Shown one piece after another: positions 11,939-25,921 of a stretch of 30,919 nucleotides of DNA. This DNA comes from Eledone cirrhosa. Taxonomy: Eukaryota. The stretch is taken from positions 1 to 30,919 of the forward strand of contig CAXHJY010001437.1 of assembly GCA_964016885.1 (NCBI GenBank), read 5' to 3'. Numbering within the stretch: the first letter of the stretch is position 1; each line of letters begins with the position of its first letter. Both the position numbers and the translations under genes were made by a program. The notes under the pieces were generated by a model, which was not told the DNA's origin, searched no databases, and saw nothing but the letters and a program-made list of their open reading frames with translations.

Positions 11939-12628
11939 TCTCGGGAAGAAATCGGCTACGTTTCACCTAGAGAGAAATGGGCTCCGCCAGGTGTAACGCC
12001 CAAGACGCACCGCGTATCATGACGACACCCTTATAACTCCATCAGGAGTTAAGGCCTCTTTATCTTTTTTTATATACTTAAGATAGTTGGAGCTTCTTGT
12101 TTATACAAATTAAACGAATAAGGCCGTAAAGTACGGATATGTGTTTATTATATGTCACAATGAATTTACACACAGAATTCCCCTTTGTCTGAGTCACGAC
12201 TGAATATGCCCTTCCTAACACCAACCACTTTACAGAGTGTATCAGGTGCATTTTATCACAACACCAGCACTAGTATTACGTATACATTCAATTAATTCCA
12301 TTGACAAATGTATGCAATTTAGACAGACGTTTTCAGTTCCGTTTGCACACCTCACACACTTACTTCCACACCAACACCATTGCTGGTTTATAGGCACGAC
12401 TTATTTATTGTCTCAGCAAAAATCAGGAGACCCCATTAATCTCAGCTCGCGTTTAATCTATATTCTGACACTAAAAATAGCCATGCGCTTATTCATTGGT
12501 TTTATGTTATGGGTCATGATATGATTCAACGTATTGTGAGACCCTTACCACACCTACACATTAACTGCCATTCACCACCAACAACAATACATACACATAT
12601 GCACGCACACCACTTTCTTTCTTTAGGC

Positions 12629-12847
12629 CAGGCATGTGAAACTGAGGGTCCCCCGAGGGCCACATGGGTCACATATGTGTTGTCTGAGGGCCACGCACGA
12701 CAAAAAATGCGCACATTACTATTTTTTATTTTTTATTTTATATTACGAAGATAAAACATGCCCGCGCTGTAAAAACCTTTGTGCGGGCCGCAGGTGTGCT
12801 TGTAACGAGTAGCATGCGGTCTGCGGGCCGCATGTTTGGTATGCCTG
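12629..12847. mobile_element. hAT (Charlie-like) MITE, 219 bp
   Basis: TIRs CAGGCATGTGAAAC and GTTTGGTATGCCTG. Perfect 8-bp TSD CTTTAGGC at 12621-12628 and 12848-12855. Subterminal GCGGGCCGCA repeats. Confidence 0.92.
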
Positions 12848-13259
12848 CTTTAGGCAATTTGTGTGTTTCGTGATCGTCGATATTTGTGTGAGTAAAGAGT
12901 GGAGTTGAAGTCTAAAGAACCAACAAACGCGGAGTGCTGCTAACAAGGGTAGTTAGTGTAGTTGTAATATAAGGACGAAAAATCAGATACATTTTATTCA
13001 GTGGTGTTCATATATGGCTGGATTAAGTAAAATAAACTCAGGTTTTTGGCATCAAGAGAAAAGGGGGACAGTATTTTATTCAAATTAAATGTATAAATGT
13101 ATAAAAATTGTTTTTGCAGACCTTATGTACGTGATGCACCATAATCTTTTAAGTGTTATGGCTTTTGCTTGATTGAATGTAGAACCCAAATACATAAAAG
13201 TATAAATTGTGTTACATATGACGGAAAAGTGTAGAGACTCATTATTGGAGGTGGCCAAT

Positions 13260-13482
13260 GGCGGTGGATTGGCAATATCAGTGGGGCGTTGGACATCTTT
13301 TGTGGCATATAGTTACGACTCTTTACGTTCTAGGTTCATATCCCGCCGAGGTTAACTTTGCCTTTCATCCCTACGGGGTCGATAAAATAAAGTACTAGTA
13401 ACGCACTGGGGTTGATTTAATCGACCCCCCCCCCCCCCTCCGCCAAAATTGTTGGCCTTGTGCCTAAATCAGAAACTATTAT
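13260..13482 (+). mobile_element. SINE family A, full length
   Basis: Head GGCGGTGGATTGGC, B box GGTTCATATCC, core and tail GGCCTTGTGCCTAAATCAGAAACTATTATT. Confidence 0.9.
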
Positions 13483-13660
13483 TTGAGGTGTCCGGGGTCG
13501 GACTTTCACCTGCCGAGGCCCTAAGCTATATCAAATTTGAGGTCCTTCTCTAAAATAAATTCGGGTAAAAACATTTAAAAATAATTATACGTGATTATTA
13601 TTTTTATTTTAATGTTAATAATAAAGATTTATATATATATATATATTTCGAAAATATTCT

Positions 13661-13705
<45 letters not shown>

Positions 13706-13844
13706 AAACAAAGAAAATTTCAATAATACGAAAGATTTCCTGGTGGAAGGTCAGGTGTACTCCGGGTTGGCATCCAGTTTCGGGGTGAAAATCCAATTAG
13801 AAAACCCAACGAATTTTAAGCATTGATATATATATATATATATG

Positions 13845-15635
13845 TAAAAGGTAAACAGAAATAACAACACAAACGGTACAGTGTATGGAAGGAATATATT
13901 AGGTTAACGCTTGATATAGCAGGAAGAGGGTCTAAACGTTTCGGACGTTAGTCCTTCATCAGAAAAAGGAATGAGAAATAAGATAGATTGAGGGAACAGG
14001 TGGGTTGGAATTGGAAAAATGTCTTTAGATAAAAATAATAGGTCCATTCATGTTGACATCTCTTGCAAAACTGTTGGTGCTGGCGTTTTGTGTATGATTT
14101 ATTTTTTAGAAAAGTGGATGATGGGGCGCGTCTATCTGAAATGGAAAAAAAAAACATTTTGTAAAAAGAGCTATACTTGTGCACGTGCGTAAGCGAGCGC
14201 GTGTGTTGTTATACGTCCGTACGAAGCTAAGAAAAAATGTGTGTGTATATGGGAGTAAAAGAGTGTGCATGTAAGTACGAAGCTATGAGCAAAAGTGTGT
14301 TAATATAAGGGTGTGTATGTGTGTATACAGAGCAGTGAAGGGAAAAGTGGAGTGAGCATATATAGTCAGCCTGTATTAGTTGTAAGAGAAGATATTAATG
14401 ATCAAGAGAAAGCGATAAGAATCTAGGGGTGTGATAATGGACGGGGTATTAGAGAAATTGAGGAGGTGAGTTGAGTCCAAGAGGGGAATAGGACCCGAGG
14501 AGGTGAATCAGACTTTGTTCAGTCCTGATGCGCGAGGCCTGTGTTCCATGGTGTAAAAGGACACCCAGGACTGAAACATGTAGGGAAGAATGACCAGGAG
14601 AACAGAAATGACGGGCGACAGGAGTATCCAAACCGAGTCGTATGTCCCACAAATGTTCGACAAAACGGTCCGCCATACGGCGTCCCGTTTGTCCGATGTA
14701 TAAAGACCCACAAAGGGAACACCGGAGGGCATAGACAACGTGGGTGGATGTGCAGGTGAAAGAGTGGCGGATACGGGAAGACCCGTTAGGGCCTGTAAGA
14801 ATGGTGAGGGTGGAAATGAAGAGACAAGTGTTGGAATGGGAACAAGGATGAGAGCCGGGTGGAGTCGTGGGAAAGGACGAGAAGGAACTGCGAACCAGGA
14901 GGTCGCGGAGGTTGCGGGTGCGCTTAAAAGCAGTAATGGGTGGGTTTTGAAAAAAGCGAGAAGTGACGGGGTCAGAAGAGAGGATGCGGAAAGAACGGAG
15001 AATATGTCACCGGAGTGATGGGGTGGTAGGTGAGAAGGAAAGGAACGCGGGTGTTGGGAGGGCGGGGTGAGGTGAGAGGGCTGTGGTGCGGTCTGTTTCA
15101 CGGGCGCGGGTGAGAGAAGCTTAGATCAGGGGGAGGGGGGGATATCCACGCTGGATGAAGCAGAAAGCAATGCGAAGGGAATGGGTTTCGAAATCGTCGT
15201 CCTGGCCACAGAGCCGACGAAGACGGAGGAATTGGGAATAGGGTATGGAGTGTTTGGTGTGGGTTGGATGGGAGGAGGTGAAGTCGAGATAAGATTGGGA
15301 GTCTGTTGGTTTAATGAAGATGGAAGTAGAGAGGGTGTGGTGAGAGTGATTAATAGATAGAGAGATATCTAGAAAAGTGACAGAAGAATCGGAGACGGGC
15401 GCGGTGAAATTGAGAGCAGGATGGAAAGATGGGACAAAAGAAAGAAAGCAATCGACCTGTTCTCGTGATAGAGAGGTGGCGCCGATACAGTCGTCGATAT
15501 AAGGACCGTATAGCTCAGGAGTCGGTCCAGCGTACTGGGAGAAGATCTGGGCTTCGACGTAGCCAACAAACAAGTTGGCATAGTTTGGAGCCTTTCTAGG
15601 TCCCACCGCTACCCCAGAGCCCTGCAGATACCTTT
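13845..15635 (-). mobile_element. 5'-truncated Penelope-like element (Neptune-type): RT C-half, GIY-YIG, 3' UTR/pLTR
   Basis: GVAVG..APNYANLFVG, YIDD, VTFLD, KPTDSQSYL..SSHP..SIPYSQFLRLRRLC. Then NLRDLLVRS and VVYALRCSLCGSLYIGQT..RFVEH..PVARHF..GH..GLN (stop at 14449). Bounded by (TA)n and (CA)n. Confidence 0.93.
13931..13966 (-). ncRNA. Minimal type I hammerhead ribozyme motif in PLE pLTR
   Basis: Minus strand: CUGAUGA-A-GGAC(UAAC)GUCC-GAAA-CG-UU with palindromic helix III AAACGUUU. Helix I is weak in this copy. Confidence 0.8.
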
Positions 15636-15674
15636 CACACACACACACACACACGCACACGCACACGCACACGC

Positions 15675-15716
<42 letters not shown>
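15636..15716. repeat. (CA)n/(CACGCA)n microsatellite
   Basis: Direct reading; abuts the PLE 5' truncation. Confidence 0.95.
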
Positions 15717-15719
<3 letters not shown>

Positions 15720-16112
15720 ATTTAGTGTTAAAGAATAAAAACTAATAACATAAAGTTGTTTTTTTTACTGAGGTCCCGGCGGTGTTGGGGCAGGCAAGGC
15801 TATAGTTTATTTAGCTTATAGGTGTGTCCAGCACAGGAGGTGTTCTTGTATTATGATGGAGTTTTATGTCTTTTATATTTACTGAACTAGATTTTTAAAA
15901 TATCTTCGTATCTCTACTGCAGTGATACATTCAGTCATATATATACTGTAGCTTACCTTTTTATGGTGTTGGGTGAAGTTGTCTGCGCTGTTTTCTTTTC
16001 AAAGAGCTGTATTGGCACATATTGTTTGTTCAGTCACTTCAATATCGTACTTGAAGTTTGCCAGATACTGGATTTTGTTTTAAGTATGTCTACCTACAGA
16101 TTCAGCCTTTAT

Positions 16113-16172
16113 AAATCGACTTTCCACTTCCTTAAAATTGTTGGTCGTGTACCTAAGTCAGAAACTATTATA
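16113..16172 (+). mobile_element. SINE family A 3' fragment
   Basis: AATCGAC..AAAATTGTTGGTCGTGTACCTAAGTCAGAAACTATTA matches 13419-13480. Confidence 0.75.
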
Positions 16173-16390
16173 ACTTTGTGAGGTTCGATGGGCATAATCC
16201 CTTGTTTCTTTGTAGTTGAAATTTGGTTATTGATGTTTCTTTTATAAGTATCAATACCTTTGTCCTTGCTTGTGTGCGGCAACCATGGTAGGGGCTGAAG
16301 TGTTTGTGACCTTCATATTAGTTTCATTTGTTGTCCTATTTGTACAGATGCTAGTGAGTTTTATTATACTTTCTATAATTTCTAAATGCA

Positions 16391-16449
16391 CATACATACA
16401 TACATACATACATACATACATACATACATACATACATACATACATACAT
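16391..16449. repeat. (CATA)n microsatellite
   Basis: Direct reading; further (CATA)n tracts at 16976-17034 and 17836-17886, the last followed by (CATG)n. Confidence 0.95.
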
Positions 16450-17863
<1,414 letters not shown>

Positions 17864-17914
17864 CATACATACATACATACATACATGCATGCATGCATGC
17901 ATGCATGCATGTAT

Positions 17915-18075
17915 TCGGGAAAAAACTCAAATAGAAAAAAAACAAGAAAGCAGTACAATGATGATAGGTATTAGTGTAACGCTTGATATAGTAGGAAAAG
18001 AGTATTAACGTTTCAGAAGTTAGTCCTTCTAAATAAAATGAAAGATAGAAGACGAAATAGGATAGACGAGAGTAA
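17915..18075 (-). mobile_element. Solo decayed pLTR related to 13845-14000
   Basis: TAACGCTTGATATAG(T/C)AGGAA..AACGTTTC..GTTAGTCCTTC is shared. The HHR core CUGAUGA is destroyed in this copy. Confidence 0.75.
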
Positions 18076-18134
18076 GAAAAGGAAGAAACGGAAATATGTG
18101 TGTGTGTGTGTATATATATATGGAGAGAGAGAAC

Positions 18135-18655
18135 AATTTCGTATTTCTAAAGAAATGTGGTTTTAGGAAGCCGTAGCTATGCAAACACCGGGGCTAACAC
18201 CCTCTGGTGGTGTCCAGCAAAAGCAAGGGCGACAACCGGCTATGCATTTCAGGGTTGACTGGCCTTCGTCAGGACGGTCCATCCCATCGCTTGCTCATAC
18301 AGGACTTGAAAACAGTCGAGAATATATACTTTTCTCGTCTGTGCAAATGAGGTGATTAATCTCATTTGCATATGAAGCTGCATAAGTTGACTCAACTTAT
18401 AATAGAAAAGAAATAAGATTTCGCTTCAAGCATAGCTTCTGCTTCTGCTGGACACCACCAGAGGGCGTTACCCCGGTGTTTTCATAGCTACGGCTTATTA
18501 AAACCGTATTACTTTAGAAATACGAAATTTCTATGCATATTGTATAAAGCTATGCTTGAAGACAAATCTTATTTCTTTTCTATTATAAGTTGAGCCAACT
18601 TATGCAGATTCAGAAGCAAATGAGATTAATCACCTCATTTGCACAGACCAGAAAA
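18135..18655. mobile_element. Non-coding HHR-containing unit with interleaved inverted repeats (A-x-B-A'-s-B')
   Basis: A 18135-18225 is inverted at 18440-18529; B 18330-18438 is inverted at 18547-18655. The HHR lies in x. Confidence 0.85.
18234..18279 (-). ncRNA. Type I hammerhead ribozyme motif
   Basis: Minus strand: GACCGUC-CUGACGA-AGG(CCAGUCAAC)CCU-GAAA-UGCA-UA-GCCGGUU. Helix I has 6 of 7 pairs; palindromic helix III AUGCAU; predicted cleavage after AUA. Confidence 0.85.
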
Positions 18656-18738
18656 CATTTAGAAGACTATACGCTATCAATTTTAAAGTAGTGACTATGT
18701 CGGCGAAAGAAGGGAGAGAAGCTGACAGTCTGTTTCGC

Positions 18739-18748
18739 TATATATACA

Positions 18749-18783
<35 letters not shown>

Positions 18784-18948
18784 ATATATACATATATATA
18801 TATATCTGTATATATACATATATATATATATTTGTATATATACATATATATATATATATGTGTGTATATATATACATATATATATGTATATATACATATA
18901 TATATATACATATATATATGTATATATACATATATATATATACATATA

Positions 18949-18988
<40 letters not shown>

Positions 18989-19526
18989 TCTATATATATA
19001 TATGTGTGTATATATATATATATATGTGTGTATATATATTCATATATATATATATATATATATGTGTGTGTATATATATTCATATATATATATATATATA
19101 TATATGTGTATACATATATATATATATGTGTGTATACATATATATATATGTGTGTATACATATATATATATGTGTGTATATATATACATATATGTATATA
19201 TATGTGTGTGTATATATATATATGTATATATATGTGTGTGTATATATATATATTTGTATATATGTGTGTGTATATATATATGTATATATATGTGTGTGTA
19301 TATATATATGTATATATATGTGTGTGTATATATATATGTATATATATGTGTGTGTATATATATATATATGTGTATATATGTGTGTATATATATATGTATA
19401 TATATGTGTGTGTATATATATATGTATATATATGTGTGTGTATATATATATGTATATATATGTGTGTGTATATATATATGTATATATATGTGTGTGTGTA
19501 TATATATATGTATATATATGTGTGTG

Positions 19527-19557
<31 letters not shown>

Positions 19558-19580
19558 GTGTGTATATATATATATGTATA

Positions 19581-19621
<41 letters not shown>

Positions 19622-19678
19622 GTGTGTATATATATATATGTATATATATGTGTGTATATATATATATATGTATATATA

Positions 19679-19711
<33 letters not shown>

Positions 19712-19946
19712 GTGTATGTATATATATATATATATATATGTGTGTGTATATATATATATATATATGTGTGTGTATATATATATATGTATATATATGTGTG
19801 TGTATATATATATATGTATATATATGTGTGTGTATATATATATATATATATATGTGTGTGTATATATATATATGTATATATATGTGTGTGTATATATATA
19901 TATATGTATATATATGTGTGTGTATATATATATATATGTATATATA

Positions 19947-19989
<43 letters not shown>

Positions 19990-20600
19990 ATATATATATA
20001 TGTATATATATGTGTGTGTGTATATATATATATGTATATATGTGTGTGTGTATATATATATATGTATATATGTGTGTGTATATATATATATGTATATATG
20101 TGTGTGTATATATATATGTATATATGTGTGTGTATATATATATGTATATATCTGTGTATATATATATATATGTATATATGTGTGTGTATATATATATATG
20201 TATATATGTGTGTGTATATATATATATGTATATATGTGTGTGTATATATATATATGTATATATATGTGTGTATATATATATGTGTGTGTATATATATATG
20301 TATATATATGTGTGTATATATATATATGTATATATATGTGTGTATATATATGTGTGTATATATATATATATGTGTATATATGTGTATATATATATATATG
20401 TGTATATATGTGTATATATATATATATGTGTATATATGTGTATATATATATATGTGTGTGTGTGTATATATATATATGTATATATATGTGTGTATATATA
20501 TATATGTGTGTGTGTATATATATATGTATATATATGTGTGTATATATATATATGTGTGTGTGTATATATATATATATATAGATGTATATATATGTGTGTA

Positions 20601-20682
<82 letters not shown>
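18739..20682. repeat. Complex (TA)n/(TG)n microsatellite array
   Basis: Alternating purine-pyrimidine sequence with GTGTGTATATATATATGTATATATAT-like higher-order units. Confidence 0.97.
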
Positions 20683-20686
<4 letters not shown>

Positions 20687-20946
20687 TAAAAGGAATTCCA
20701 ACTTTGTCTGATTTACTCGTTTAATTTACAATCCTTTAAAATTTATAATGGTATTAGAATGAAATAGTATGGTAGAATATTAAAAGTTAAGTGTTAATTG
20801 AACAAGTACTTTCATGCTTTCGTAATCTTCAGTTTCATATTGTGTGGTGACAGTCAAGTTTGCAATTTTCAACTGTAATGAGATGGGTAAATTGTGTGCC
20901 TTATGTACAGTGAAAAGTGGCTCCAGAATGCTAAATCTTGCAAACT
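20681..20946 (-). mobile_element. Inverted pLTR copy of the large PLE
   Basis: Reverse complement of 28419-28698 with scattered substitutions and small indels. Confidence 0.92.
20799..20837 (-). ncRNA. Partly decayed hammerhead motif in the inverted pLTR
   Basis: UGAAA-CUGAAGA-UUAC(GAAA)GCAU-GAAA-GUAC-UU-GUUCA; one extra mismatch each in helices I and II relative to the 28542 copy. Confidence 0.65.
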
Positions 20947-20950
20947 TTAA

Positions 20951-21060
20951 ATTTTAAAGGATTGTAAATAAAACGAGTAAATCAGACAAAGTTGGAATTC
21001 CTTTCATTAATATAATCTTCTATACACAATCATACACACCCGTGTATATTTATCTATCTA
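20951..21060 (+). mobile_element. Direct partial pLTR copy
   Basis: Near-identical (about 3 differences in 110 bp) to 28637-28746. Confidence 0.92.
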
Positions 21061-24764
<3,704 letters not shown>

Positions 24765-25921
24765 TACACAATCCTCTATTTTAAAGGAAATAGAAAAACA
24801 ATTTACAGACGGAAAACTTATAACTGAACATATAAACTCTGAAATTAAGAATTTAGCTGAAATTATACCAACAGTTATCAAAGATACAAGAGAAAGCCTA
24901 CCACAACCCCCTTGGATGTCAGAAATAAACGAAAGAAATTTGGAAAACAAAACACATCGAATAAGAAAAGAAATGTGGAAGACATGGAAAAAGTTCCTTA
25001 ACATAAGAAAACAAAATTTCTGGAGAACCAGAAGAAGAAACAAAACTCAGATGGGAACTTACATTGACAAAATTCAGGACCGACATCTCCATTTCTGAAT
25101 GTAAACAATCCCGCTACAAAGCCAAATATGAACCTATTGATGACCAAATTGAAGTTGAAATTTCAAAGCTAACGACTGGTATTATAGCTGAAAAACTACG
25201 AGAACTATGGATCGGAGATATCTCAAAAGAAGAAAACAAATCAAGAAAGGTATGGCAGCAGAAACAATTTTTTCTCGATGAATATGCTGCAAATTACGGT
25301 AAAGACTCTGGAACCCTGAGAAAAAGCATTAAAAGTGGACAATCTCATCAACACAACATACGCCAGAACACGTGCCAACACAAACACTCACCTTACCTTG
25401 AATCAAAGAAGAACTACGGTAATAACTCTTCGCTTTTTCTACAAAAACACCCTATCGCACACAACATGAACAAAAAGCACAAACACGATAGATATTCCTT
25501 TGACCAGACCATGAGAAGTAGTAAAACCAGGAGATCATTCTCAAGATCTCAACAGAGACTACCAACAAGGAATGTGGAAACAAAACGTAGAATAACCAGA
25601 TCACTCTCAAGATCTCAACAGAGATTGCCCACAAGAAACTGGACGAAAAAACGATCTAAACCTGAAAGCAAACCTAGGTCATTTTCCCAGATTGTTCAAA
25701 ATAATGCTAACAGGAAGAAAAATAATATACAGAATACCAAAAATAGGACAAAATACATAACGAAACCAAATATAATATCACGACCAAAAGTTCATCAAGC
25801 GAACACCAACAGGAATATAAATCCTGAACAGAGAAAAATCCATTTTTTAACGTCAGGACAACAAAAACCGGAAAAAGAAAAACTCCAGGAGGAAACATAC
25901 CCAAAACAGCTGTACACGTAG
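24765..25921 (+). pseudogene. PLE ORF1: helical/charged N-part plus basic Arg/Lys/Ser-rich C-part (5'-truncated, frame break near 25024)
   Basis: Open 24765-25024 in one frame, then [22 protein letters not shown]... from 25025 to TAG at 25921. Internal repeat RS(F/L)SRSQQRLPTRN occurs twice. Confidence 0.7.

Larger units (their letters stand above)
13493..15836. mobile_element. Decayed hAT-like MITE split by microsatellite and PLE insertions (arms ~13493-13625 and ~15717-15836)
   Basis: Imperfect inverted ends (GTCGGACTTTCACCT / AGGTGTGTCCAGC). Shared GAGG(C/T)CC and GCTATA motifs. Flanks GAGGTGTC (13485-13492) and GAGGTGTT (15837-15844) match at 7 of 8 positions. Confidence 0.55.

Noticed and set aside
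13703-13826. Hammerhead in the TA-flanked island
   Set aside because: Minus-strand CGAAAC is present but there is no CUGANGA core
18135-18655. DIRS-type ITR/ICR structure
   Set aside because: The internal block order (B then A') is opposite to that expected for an ICR, and there are no tyrosine recombinase or RT remnants. The HHR points to a PLE/retrozyme origin.
18739-21060. Telomerase-like synthesis of the TA/TG arrays by the PLE RT
   Set aside because: Array polarity (TG on plus) does not flip beside the inverted pLTR, which favours a pre-existing target that expanded by slippage
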